Shown here: piece after piece, positions 45,593 through 54,381 of the stretch
Numbering within the stretch: position 1 is the first letter of the stretch
How the letters are laid out: every line of letters begins with the position of its first letter
Origin: Candidatus Saccharimonadales bacterium
Lineage (GTDB): Bacteria; Patescibacteriota; Saccharimonadia; Saccharimonadales; Saccharimonadaceae
Assembly (NCBI GenBank): GCA_038319685.1
Contig: JBBQDN010000005.1
Span: 15,277-79,276 of the forward strand
Length of the DNA: 64,000 bases
Direction of reading: 5' to 3'
Notes under the pieces: model-generated
Databases searched by the model: none
The model's input: the letters and a program-made list of their open reading frames with translations, nothing else
Told to the model about the DNA's origin: nothing
Translations under genes and position numbers: made by a program

Positions 45593-46318
45593 TTACCACA
45601 TCATCTGATTAACTGCATCGAAATGTCCAACCCGTACGCGGCTATCACACGCAAATTTATAGCCAAGTTCACGGGCGTGTTGGAAAAACCATAAATCCTG
45701 CGTAAATACCTGGACACCGCCGCCAGGAACGACTTCTTGTTTGGTTTTGAACCAATGTCCGTATTCAAATCGTTTGTCTTTGAGCATTTCAATCCGGAAT
45801 AGAGTAAATCCCATGCCAAGACCGTTACACGGGGTGATGGCTTCGGGGGCTGGTATGCGAGGAATAAAATTAAGTGGCATGGTATTTGGGTCACCGTAGC
45901 ACATTGGCTGTCCGGCGTCACCCTTGGTCCAGTACAGGCCACCAACGGCATCGTAATCGTCGATTGATTCGTATAGTTTGACCAGGCCGTCAGGTGGCGG
46001 TGCATTGTCTTCTTCGAGGGTGAGAATGAATTTGAATGAACTCAGTTCGGGGTTTTCAAGGATCATTTTGATAACCTGGTTATAGGCTTCGCCGACTTCC
46101 ATGCCCTCCATAAACAGCGGACCGAGGACTTTTTGGTTCATTGGACGAATCATTCCCTGCCAACTTTGGACAATACGAGCAGGAATCATGCCCCTAGTTG
46201 GGCAGACGATGATTGTCGATAGGTCACGATACGTCTTTTCTTTTTCCAGGCGCGTTGAATAGTCACTCGAGTTATGAATGCCGGCGTTGTCGGGTACGAG
46301 AATTTGTGGTTTTACCAT
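45593..46318 (-). CDS. GT-A fold glycosyltransferase (GT2-like)
   Basis: IIVCPTRG, LEEDN (DxD-like), TQDLWFFQHARELGYKF..D..V.VGH. Confidence 0.45.
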   Translation of the reverse strand: MVKPQILVPDNAGIHNSSDYSTRLEKEKTYRDLSTIIVCPTRGMIPARIVQSWQGMIRPMNQKVLGPLFMEGMEVGEAYNQVIKMILENPELSSFKFILTLEEDNAPPPDGLVKLYESIDDYDAVGGLYWTKGDAGQPMCYGDPNTMPLNFIPRIPAPEAITPCNGLGMGFTLFRIEMLKDKRFEYGHWFKTKQEVVPGGGVQVFTQDLWFFQHARELGYKFACDSRVRVGHFDAVNQMMW

Positions 46319-46365
46319 ATCTAGGATTTAGTATATCACGCCTTGAGCCAGCTGGTGCGGTATGT

Positions 46366-47055
46366 TTATGCGTCGACCCATGCAGTTGTAGCAGTGGGCG
46401 AAAATGGGCCGATGAACGACGCCGAACCGCCAGTAAAGCCAATATCATCAAAACAAAAATTACTAATAACACTGTTGGTGGTGAGTTTACCAAATTCCGC
46501 GCTGGTCGCATTTGTCGTCCCAAGGTCAAGAGTAGAGGTAGTAAAGGTACTTTCAACAGGGCTTGCCGAATCTCCTACATAGTAGGCAAAAGAGGCTGAT
46601 CCTGTTGTCGAGGTGTCGACAGTAATGCCAAGTTCGATGCGGTACCAGACGCCAGAACTTAGGGGATTAGTAAAGGTAAATATACCAACCCCTGAGGTGT
46701 CTGTCAACTGGAGCCTATACGTGCCAGAGGTATTAATGCATGTACAGGTTGTGGTACTGTTTCGTATGGTTGCGATGCGAGCTGCAGCCGATGGTGTACC
46801 AAGCATACAGAAATAAAATCGAATGGCAGCGTTAATATCGTTTTCACCATTGAACCTCATGGCCATTGTACCACCCGTAGTGTCCGAGCTAGCATTGTAG
46901 GACTGAGACCCATGCATTACCGACAGGCCGCTATATTTAATTGACCCTGTTCCTGAAACGGCAACAACATTAAACGCATCACCCGACCCAGTCTGGTTAA
47001 TAGCCAAATTGGCTCCGACCGTTCCACCCTCTGCGTTGTTATTATGGTATGCCAT
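46366..47055 (-). CDS. signal-less beta-rich protein, LamG/concanavalin-like jelly-roll candidate
   Basis: No signal peptide. Pattern ...GVWYRIELGITVDTSTTGSASFAYYVGD resembles LamG-type lectin folds. Confidence 0.3.
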   Translation of the reverse strand: MAYHNNNAEGGTVGANLAINQTGSGDAFNVVAVSGTGSIKYSGLSVMHGSQSYNASSDTTGGTMAMRFNGENDINAAIRFYFCMLGTPSAAARIATIRNSTTTCTCINTSGTYRLQLTDTSGVGIFTFTNPLSSGVWYRIELGITVDTSTTGSASFAYYVGDSASPVESTFTTSTLDLGTTNATSAEFGKLTTNSVISNFCFDDIGFTGGSASFIGPFSPTATTAWVDA

Positions 47056-47081
47056 ACGTTACTATTTAGTATACACGGGCA

Positions 47082-48485
47082 CTATACGTACATCCAGGGG
47101 AGCGGCGTTTGGAAAAGGGGGAGGAATTGCAGCTCTATGCCAATGAGAGAGTAGTCTTGACCATCGGGCGTGGTAAGGCCGAGGGTTTGCGAACCGAGAT
47201 TGGGCGCTGATTGGTATGCCGTAGTAGCGGATAGGTCAAAGAAAGTATACTGCGCCTCCGGGGTAGCAGCGTGAGTACGGAAGTTGAATAAGTCGATTGA
47301 TGAAATCACGGGAGCGGCTGATATCCAGGACACAACTGAATTATTAGCTGTAGTCGTAATAGTTGCTATCGGGGCGCTGGCGGCCCCACTAGTACTTGTA
47401 ATAGCAGGGGTGGCGGCTAGCTGGGCACAGCGCCAGTGTTCGACTAACATCATCATATCAAGCGGGGCTCCTACAGTCGCCATTGATACAGTAATACTCG
47501 GACTACCTGCAGTGACCGTACCTGTCCATATAACAACATAACAATATAAAGATGTCGTTCGTTCAACTTGTTTCGTCCAGCTTATGCCACCACCAGTAGC
47601 AGTCGGTGTGGCAAGCGGACTAGCTCCGTCACTGGTCGTAGCTTTAATAACAATAAGATCACCAGTTACCGGCGTAAATGCCGTTGTGGTTACGGTTCCA
47701 TCTCCAGCTGCATTATTACCAACATCGTATGCATTTATGAGTATCGGTTGGGTTGGCACAACAATCCCAGCTGGCAAGACTTCTACCATAGAGAAATGGT
47801 GTTTCATGCTGGTTGGGGCAGTATCGTTCAGCGTGACACTAGTGCCAGCACTGGGTGTTATAGAGTTTTGTCGCTGTACCCAGTACGCCAAGCCATCCGT
47901 ACTATTTGTGACCACAGAACTAGCGCCGTTTATGGTGGTCGTCTGGTTGGCTCCCACGGTTGGCCCCGTTGCATTTTTGTAGTTCGAGACAACGCCGAAG
48001 ACCCAGCTATTATCATATGTCGTCGTCAGACTTAAGGAAGCCGTGCCTGCGGCCCTACTGCGTCGGACGGCAACATTCCCAATTTGGTATGGTGAAGCAC
48101 CGGTAAATACAACCACTTGCGCCAAGCCTGAGGGGTCATTAGACGATAAATCGTTAACAGGATAAGCAGCAATAGACATATTGGTTTGCGCGCTGGGGCA
48201 GTATGCCCACCAGACGGTGGTAGCACCGTACAGAGCCGGTGCCGTTGCGGTACTAATGCAGTCGAGCGCTCCTTCATAAGGCTGCCAGTTCAGGCTCGTC
48301 GTCAAAGAATCAGTCATTCCGTAGATGTCTTGCCTATCGGGCAGAGCCACTGAAATTGAGAAAAATACAAATATAACCGAACCGGCTGGCGGAGAAAATA
48401 CAGCTGGTTGTATACCGGAAGGCTGTTCTATGGTCCAGTTTATGGGGTGGGGTGCGGGGGTGGAGGAGTCAATAGCGAGCGCCAT
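47082..48485 (-). CDS. signal-less 467-aa S/T/A-rich hypothetical protein (tail-fibre-like cassette)
   Basis: Long uninterrupted ORF, tightly packed (10-nt gap upstream). No signal peptide, no TM. Confidence 0.5.
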   Translation of the reverse strand: MALAIDSSTPAPHPINWTIEQPSGIQPAVFSPPAGSVIFVFFSISVALPDRQDIYGMTDSLTTSLNWQPYEGALDCISTATAPALYGATTVWWAYCPSAQTNMSIAAYPVNDLSSNDPSGLAQVVVFTGASPYQIGNVAVRRSRAAGTASLSLTTTYDNSWVFGVVSNYKNATGPTVGANQTTTINGASSVVTNSTDGLAYWVQRQNSITPSAGTSVTLNDTAPTSMKHHFSMVEVLPAGIVVPTQPILINAYDVGNNAAGDGTVTTTAFTPVTGDLIVIKATTSDGASPLATPTATGGGISWTKQVERTTSLYCYVVIWTGTVTAGSPSITVSMATVGAPLDMMMLVEHWRCAQLAATPAITSTSGAASAPIATITTTANNSVVSWISAAPVISSIDLFNFRTHAATPEAQYTFFDLSATTAYQSAPNLGSQTLGLTTPDGQDYSLIGIELQFLPLFQTPLPWMYV

Positions 48486-48495
48486 TACAAAATCC

Positions 48496-51198
48496 CTACC
48501 ATGTTTGGTTCTTAAACACTATATATGGCATGGCGGCGCTTCGCATGTTGTTCTGGGTAATTCGGGACATGGCAATGTTGGTCGGTAAGGCCGATGAACT
48601 GGCACTATAGAAACCGACGCCTTCCTGGATACCCTGTGTAGCGTTGATGGCTTGGCCCAGAATTCCTTGGTATGACGAGCTAATATTCGTAAATAGCATA
48701 TTCGAGGCGGTAAACCAGTTCGCGCCGGTTGTCGTGCTTTGCGACCACATACCTAGCCAGTAGTTGCCTTCTGACATGCTGATGTTTAGTGGCATTGTCA
48801 GTCCACGCAGTCCTGACACCACACTATAGCTACCGTTTGACGTATTTGTCCACTGATAACTGGCGCTTCCCGATGACTGTGTCACGAGACTTAAGGTAGA
48901 GCCACTTGCGGTAAAGATACCTGCAGCAATAGACAGCGCACCAGCATGTGAGCTGTTTGACGACGAACTCATACTAATACTGACCAGCTGCATGAATTGG
49001 GAAGCATTAACAAAAGCGTTGGCCTGGAGCTTATAGAAATAAACCGACCCGTTCCCCATTTGGGTATTCGACAATGAACCATACTGTAGTTGATTGGGTT
49101 CCCAGTTACTTATCGTCCCGGCAGCCGGTGCACCGATACTTATGGTCGAACCGTTCGTAAATATACTGACGCCACCAGTTGCTGACATACTGGAGGTCTG
49201 AGGGACGAATATATTAAATGACTGACTAGCACCGTTGGTAGAAGATACAATTGTAATTGCACCCCCACCTTCAACGATGTTAGCCGTGCCGCTAGTGTAA
49301 GTAGTCTGTGAATTGCCCAGGGCAATTCCTCCACCTCCGCCCCCGCCGGCAGCTGACGCGGTAATAGTAGAGCCGTTTAGGCCAAACGATACGCCGTTAG
49401 CATTGCTAAAAACAATTGATCCAAGGTTCCCACTGGCTGTCCCAGCCGAGAAGTTAACGGGTGACGGTGCCGCGGTGCCACCCGAAATCATAATTGATCC
49501 GGCGGAATACCCCACCGATACATTGCCGGCACCGTTAAAGCTGAGCGTACGGGCGTCCATTGTGCTGGACGAAGATTGTCCGGTCGTGTTGCCAACAGCG
49601 TAGCCACCAACAGCCTGGTTGGTCTGATTAAACGAAGCCGATGCAGTAATTGTTGATGCGTTCCCGCCAAACGTAATGTTGTTACTATTGGCAAAACTAA
49701 TGTTACCTGACGACCCAAGGATTGATACCATGTTTTGTGTTTGAACAGTTTGACTCGTAATACCGTTATGTGACGCGGTCAGTGTCTGTCCGTTTAGGCC
49801 AAATGACAGACCGTTCAGGTTTGACAGGCGGATAGTACCGGTTGTGACACTGTTGACACCGTCATATATAGCTTGGATAAGGCTGGCAGTTTGGTTGGTC
49901 TGTGTTGGTACGGATATAAACATCGAACTGGCTGAAAATCCAATGCTGGCCGCACCGAGGCCGTTAAAACGCATACTTCGGGCGTCAAACGTCCCGCTAG
50001 ACGTCAGTGACGTGTTATTGCCGGCCGAAAAGCCGATGGTTTGGTTGGTCTGTGTTGGTACTGAGATCTGGAATGAACCGTTGGTATACCCGACACTGGC
50101 CGCACCGAGCCCATTAAAGCTTATGGACCGTGCATCGCGCGTCCCAGAACTACTTTGCGTGGTATTACCTAGTGCATACAGACCAACAGTCTGGTTTGTT
50201 TGTGCCGCAGCCGATATGGTTAATGTATTACCCACGGAATCGGTTGCCTGGGACAGTGTAATATTATTGCCACCCGCGAAAATCATTTGGTTCGATACGG
50301 TACCAGTGGTGCCGAGCGTATTACCGAGTGTGCTTATGCCGATCGAAAAAGCTGGCGCGCCGATGCTAACGGTATTGCCATTGGTAAATAAGCTTAGTAT
50401 GCCGCTGACCGAGAGGCTAGAAAGCGCTGGCACCGAAAAGTTAAACGACTGGCCGGCACCATTGACAGAAGATGCGATAGTGATGGCGCCTCCAGCCTCA
50501 AATAGATTAGCCGTGCCGCTCGTATAGGTAGTCTGTGAGTTCGCCAGGGCGATCCCGCCACCGCCACCACCAGTAATGCCTGAAATCTGGATAGAACCGT
50601 TACTGTAGCCCACGCTGACTCCACCCAGGCCATTGAAACTTAACGACCGAGCATCACGCGTGCCAGAACTACTTTGCGTGGTATTACCTAGTGCATATAT
50701 GCCAACAGTCTGGTTGGTCTGAGCCACGGTTTGCGCACCAGATATCTGAATCGATCCGTTCGAATAGCCGACGGTTGCACCACCCAGGCCATTGAATAGT
50801 AGACTATTTGCATTTAGAACCGTTGACGAATTTTGTGTCGTGCCGCCAGAGGCATACATCGTTATATTTTGGTTCGTTTGGTTTGGTCCTGATATCGTCA
50901 GCGCGTTACCTGCTTGCGACAACGTGATATTATTGCCACCGACCAATGTTAATGTTCCCGAACTAACCTGAGCCATAACACCTGTCGTGTTGCCACCAAG
51001 TGTCAGGTTATGAAGGTTTTGTGTCTGAACTGTCTGGTTAGCTGCAGATATGCTAATTGTTGCTGAAGATCCGTTGATACTTTGTGAGAGTGTGACATTG
51101 TTCCCACCAGCGAACACAATACCACGGTTAACAGTACCGGTCGTACCCGACGTGTTTCCGATATTGCTCATGCCAAATTTAGGAGGAATGTAGGTCAT
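48496..51198 (-). CDS. 900-aa Cys-free repetitive beta-helix/fibre-like protein
   Basis: No signal peptide. About 7 units of ~49 aa beginning QTNQ (QTNQTVG.YALGNTTQSSSGTRDARS.SFNGLG..SVGYSNGS.QIS). Two ~75-aa GGGGGG(G)IAL.NSQTTYTSGTAN blocks. Unique ~210-aa W/Y-rich C-terminal domain. Confidence 0.65.
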   Translation of the reverse strand: MTYIPPKFGMSNIGNTSGTTGTVNRGIVFAGGNNVTLSQSINGSSATISISAANQTVQTQNLHNLTLGGNTTGVMAQVSSGTLTLVGGNNITLSQAGNALTISGPNQTNQNITMYASGGTTQNSSTVLNANSLLFNGLGGATVGYSNGSIQISGAQTVAQTNQTVGIYALGNTTQSSSGTRDARSLSFNGLGGVSVGYSNGSIQISGITGGGGGGIALANSQTTYTSGTANLFEAGGAITIASSVNGAGQSFNFSVPALSSLSVSGILSLFTNGNTVSIGAPAFSIGISTLGNTLGTTGTVSNQMIFAGGNNITLSQATDSVGNTLTISAAAQTNQTVGLYALGNTTQSSSGTRDARSISFNGLGAASVGYTNGSFQISVPTQTNQTIGFSAGNNTSLTSSGTFDARSMRFNGLGAASIGFSASSMFISVPTQTNQTASLIQAIYDGVNSVTTGTIRLSNLNGLSFGLNGQTLTASHNGITSQTVQTQNMVSILGSSGNISFANSNNITFGGNASTITASASFNQTNQAVGGYAVGNTTGQSSSSTMDARTLSFNGAGNVSVGYSAGSIMISGGTAAPSPVNFSAGTASGNLGSIVFSNANGVSFGLNGSTITASAAGGGGGGGIALGNSQTTYTSGTANIVEGGGAITIVSSTNGASQSFNIFVPQTSSMSATGGVSIFTNGSTISIGAPAAGTISNWEPNQLQYGSLSNTQMGNGSVYFYKLQANAFVNASQFMQLVSISMSSSSNSSHAGALSIAAGIFTASGSTLSLVTQSSGSASYQWTNTSNGSYSVVSGLRGLTMPLNISMSEGNYWLGMWSQSTTTGANWFTASNMLFTNISSSYQGILGQAINATQGIQEGVGFYSASSSALPTNIAMSRITQNNMRSAAMPYIVFKNQTW
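49131..51171 (-). repeat. in-frame coding tandem repeats (~147-nt unit plus a ~225-nt duplicated block)
   Basis: For example, cagaactactttgcgtggtattacctagtgcata occurs at both ~50143-50176 and ~50663-50696. ggtctgtgttggtac occurs at ~49899 and again at ~50048. Confidence 0.7.
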
Positions 51199-51204
51199 AC
51201 TACT

Positions 51205-51921
51205 TTAAATTATATACCAGTTACTTCCGTTTGATATGACACGTACGGAAAAGTACTGGCTATCAAGCGAGAATGTTGTTGCGCCGTCGAGTGTGTCGCT
51301 TCCTGATCGTCCAACCACACAGGTGTTAGCCGAACTATCGATACGTTTTACATAAAAACTATAGCCGGAAAATGATGCCGCAAGTGGCAGGGTGATGGTT
51401 GTGTTTCCGCTGGCGGCATCAGCAAAAATAACCACATCCGTGCCGGTGATTGTATAGCTACTAATTTTTGTGACGGTCGCGAGGTTCTGGTTAGTGTCAA
51501 CATCGCTCCAGGTTGGTATGCCACTGGCTACGCGAAGTGTTTTGCCGGTTGCTCCGACGGGGATACGGGTGAAATATCCACTGTTATCACGATAGTACAA
51601 GTCACCTGTCGCGCCGGAACTGTCATCGTAGAGTGCAACTTTTTTGCGAACCGTTCCGGTAGTGATCGTAAAATAGAGCGAATCATTGTTAAATTCAACT
51701 GCGCCTGTTTCGGCGGCGGTCATGACCGTCCCAGAGGTGAGTTTTATTGGTGCCGTTCCTGCGGTGGCCGAACCAGCCCTGACAGTAATCTTTTGGTGAC
51801 CGCCGTTGACGGCATTATCGGTGCCATCGTCGTAGTGTTCCTTCATTAGGTACTGACGGATAATATCACCCCATACGCCGTCGTCGTTATTGACGATTGG
51901 TAATCGTTGCGGAGTTGGCAC
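51205..51921 (-). CDS. phage-tail-fibre-like protein (N-terminal fibre/adaptor motif)
   Basis: MPTPQRLPIVNNDDGVWGDIIRQYLMKEHYDDGT and GTAPIKLTSGTVMTAAETGAVEFNNDSLYFT resemble motifs I recall from phage/actinobacterial tail-fibre proteins (from memory). No signal peptide. Confidence 0.45.
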   Translation of the reverse strand: MPTPQRLPIVNNDDGVWGDIIRQYLMKEHYDDGTDNAVNGGHQKITVRAGSATAGTAPIKLTSGTVMTAAETGAVEFNNDSLYFTITTGTVRKKVALYDDSSGATGDLYYRDNSGYFTRIPVGATGKTLRVASGIPTWSDVDTNQNLATVTKISSYTITGTDVVIFADAASGNTTITLPLAASFSGYSFYVKRIDSSANTCVVGRSGSDTLDGATTFSLDSQYFSVRVISNGSNWYII

Positions 51922-51923
51922 GG

Positions 51924-52139
51924 CTAGACCCCAAACTTACTGGTGCCGAAACCCTTCGGTTTGGTCGTTGTCGGCGTGGTAGTTATGGAACCGGGTGCTG
52001 CTTTCCATTTTTGAAGATTGGCAATAAGGTTGTTAATACCAATGATCGCAACAAAAAAACCCAAAGCATAGCGCAGGAATTGTTTGCGGTTTAACTCCTT
52101 ACCCAGGAGTTGCGAATTTAGAAATCTCTCCATTAACAA
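51924..52139 (-). CDS. 71-aa single-TM protein
   Basis: NRKQFLRYALGFFVAIIGINNLI hydrophobic segment followed by a T/P-rich tail. 2-nt gap to the downstream gene. Confidence 0.4.
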   Translation of the reverse strand: MLMERFLNSQLLGKELNRKQFLRYALGFFVAIIGINNLIANLQKWKAAPGSITTTPTTTKPKGFGTSKFGV

Positions 52140-52190
52140 ATGCCTCTTATTAATAAAGTATAAGATATCGTTATATGTAAGTCAAAGCGA

Positions 52191-53252
52191 TTATGGTTTC
52201 AGGGACACGCGGGGGTGTTTTTTGTGTCGGATGAGGGTAAAGGTTTTGCGGACTATTGACCAAATGCTAAATAATAACAGCCCAATAATGATGATTACAC
52301 CAGCGATGATTTTCCAGGGCAGTACCCAGAACGTTACTTCGCCTTCGATAGGAATGTCACGACTGCCATCGTTATACACACCAACAAGTTTTGCAGTGTA
52401 TTGGCCAATTCTAAAACTGGTAATTTTAGACCAATCCCACACCTCCCCCGTTGTGCCGTCGGTGTTGGTTTTAAACGACGGAAATCCGTCCCCCCAAGTT
52501 GTTTCAAGGCTTCGAATGCTTCCGGGTAAAATGTACCCTTTGTTTTCGTTGACGGCGAGTGTTGCAATCGGGCTTGCCCCATCGCTGCCTCGTTGGATAA
52601 ATATATTGCCATACGGTTGAAGAATACTATTACCTGTATTTTTAAATCGTACTTTTATGCGCGAAGGGAGATATTCATAGATTTGTTTGTCTGCTTCTAG
52701 TTCGACAACGTCTAGCTTACGAGTTGCACCAGGGCGATCAACATTCAGAAGTGTAAACACGGCTACCGATCCTTTGATAAGCCGTCCACTTTCAGTTGGC
52801 TGTGGAGTGTTCTGACGACTGATGACGAGCGCAAAAGAATAACTAAATCCTGTGTCTTTTGGCAGCGCAATTCGTACTTTTTGCGTGAACCATTGACCAG
52901 GTTGGACGGTAAACGATGGACTGGCAAAACTAACCCATTGACCAATATCAGGCGGGATAGTGTCATCAAGGCTGACGGCACCGGTCGTACTGTTAAAGGT
53001 AAAACTTCGTGAGTCTATTTTTAAATCTTCGGGATTAGTGCCTGTATTTCTAATTTTTAATTCAAGTTCGGTTGTTTGCCCAGGTTTTATTGTCGTGACC
53101 AGAGGTGATGGGCTAACCTGTAGCGAAAACTCCCCTGCTGTCTGTGCGGACGCGTTTGGAGATAGTAAAACGGATGAGGCGGTGATGACACCGCATAATA
53201 ATAGTCCAAAAACTCCCCACGCCCGGTTAAATTGTGCAAAACGACGTAACAT
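52191..53252 (-). CDS. DUF916/DUF3324-like Ig-fold cell-surface protein, tandem paralogue B
   Basis: Signal ...PNASAQT, FSLQVSPSPLVTTIKPGQTTELELKIRNTG, WVSFASPSFTVQPGQWFTQKVRIALPKDTGFSYSFALVIS, C-terminal TM plus basic tail. Confidence 0.45.
   Translation of the reverse strand: MLRRFAQFNRAWGVFGLLLCGVITASSVLLSPNASAQTAGEFSLQVSPSPLVTTIKPGQTTELELKIRNTGTNPEDLKIDSRSFTFNSTTGAVSLDDTIPPDIGQWVSFASPSFTVQPGQWFTQKVRIALPKDTGFSYSFALVISRQNTPQPTESGRLIKGSVAVFTLLNVDRPGATRKLDVVELEADKQIYEYLPSRIKVRFKNTGNSILQPYGNIFIQRGSDGASPIATLAVNENKGYILPGSIRSLETTWGDGFPSFKTNTDGTTGEVWDWSKITSFRIGQYTAKLVGVYNDGSRDIPIEGEVTFWVLPWKIIAGVIIIIGLLLFSIWSIVRKTFTLIRHKKHPRVSLKP
52423..52484 (-). repeat. 62-nt tract identical to 53520-53581 (tandem paralogues)
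   Basis: attttagaccaatcccacacctcccccgttgtgccgtcggtgttggttttaaacgacggaaa is identical in both genes by eye. It encodes the shared FPSFKTNTDGTTGEVWDWSKI segment. Confidence 0.85.
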
Positions 53253-54325
53253 TACCGAGTGCCACCTTTGACTGTTTGTTTTTCATATTTTGGTATAGCT
53301 GACTGGGCGGCAAGCGCTATTCTGACTGCTTTTTGTGTTCGGCGTTGTGCTATCTTACGTCCAATAAACCAGACAATAACAATAAATGTGATCAGTGCGA
53401 GAATCGCCCGCCATGGTATGACCCAAAATGTCACCGCAGCTTCGAGTGGCACGTCACGCTCGCCGTCGTTATACACACCAACAAGTTTTGCGGTGTATTG
53501 GCCAATTCGAAGGTCGGCGATTTTAGACCAATCCCACACCTCCCCCGTTGTGCCGTCGGTGTTGGTTTTAAACGACGGAAACCCATTATCCCATTTTGTT
53601 GTGAGTGTTCGACTAGTCCCAGGCAATATATAGCCTTTATTGTCATTGACGGCAAGTGCTGCGATCGGGTTTGTTCCTTCACTGCCTCGTTGGATGAATA
53701 TGTTACCGTACGGTTGGACAATACTATTACCACTGTTTTTAAATCGTACCTTTATATCGGCCGGGATATATTCGTATAGTTGTTTCGTGGTTTCAAGTTC
53801 AACAACATCAAGCTTACGAACCGCACCCGGTCGATCAACGTTCACGAGTGTAAAAACAGCAACCGATCCTTTAAGAAGTCGCCCGCTTTCGGTTTTTTGT
53901 TGCACCGTTTTTGGACTAATGATGAGCGCGAACGAATAGCTAAATCCCGTATCTTTCGGAAGAGATATTTTTACTTTTTGAGTGAACCATTGACCAGGTT
54001 GAACAGTAAAATCGGGTGAACTAAAACTGATCCAGTCCTTGATTTCAGGGGGACTTGTGTCGTCAACCTGGACTTCACCAGTTTCGTTATTTATATGAAA
54101 ACTACGAGGTGACATCGTGAGGTTTTGGACCTCAAGGCTATTACTACGAACTTTGAGTTCGATTTCGGTCGTTTGTCCTGGTTTTATTGTCGTCACAAGA
54201 GGAGAAGGCGTCACTTGGATTGAGAATTCACCAGTTGACTGCGCAAGGACGGGATCCGATATGACTGCTTGTGAGGCAATTACCATCATAATCCCAAGCC
54301 CAATAGAGAACAAAAACTTTTTCAT
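53252..54325 (-). CDS. DUF916/DUF3324-like Ig-fold cell-surface protein, tandem paralogue A
   Basis: Same architecture as 52191-53252 and colinear throughout. 1-nt overlap with the downstream paralogue. Confidence 0.45.
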   Translation of the reverse strand: MKKFLFSIGLGIMMVIASQAVISDPVLAQSTGEFSIQVTPSPLVTTIKPGQTTEIELKVRSNSLEVQNLTMSPRSFHINNETGEVQVDDTSPPEIKDWISFSSPDFTVQPGQWFTQKVKISLPKDTGFSYSFALIISPKTVQQKTESGRLLKGSVAVFTLVNVDRPGAVRKLDVVELETTKQLYEYIPADIKVRFKNSGNSIVQPYGNIFIQRGSEGTNPIAALAVNDNKGYILPGTSRTLTTKWDNGFPSFKTNTDGTTGEVWDWSKIADLRIGQYTAKLVGVYNDGERDVPLEAAVTFWVIPWRAILALITFIVIVWFIGRKIAQRRTQKAVRIALAAQSAIPKYEKQTVKGGTR

Positions 54326-54381
54326 GTGTGTCCGTAGTATATCACTTGTGGTTGGTATGAACTACACGAAGTGGAGGTTGC

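Noticed and set aside
48496-51198. Repetitive DNA that could be mistaken for a CRISPR array or a non-coding satellite.
   Set aside because: The repeats are imperfect, about 147 nt long and contiguous, with no unique spacers. They keep one long open reading frame, so they are coding tandem repeats. No cas genes are in the window.
46366-51921. A diversity-generating retroelement targeting the fibre-like or lectin-like genes.
   Set aside because: No reverse transcriptase ORF is in the window. I could not find a template/variable repeat pair differing mainly at adenines. The identical tracts I saw are exact copies within paralogues.
44071-52139. An intact prophage or tailocin, suggested by the tail-fibre-like proteins.
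   Set aside because: There is no integrase, terminase, portal, capsid, tape-measure, sheath/tube, baseplate, holin or repressor gene in the 64 kb, and no flanking tRNA-att duplication was noticed. Only a fibre-like module is present.
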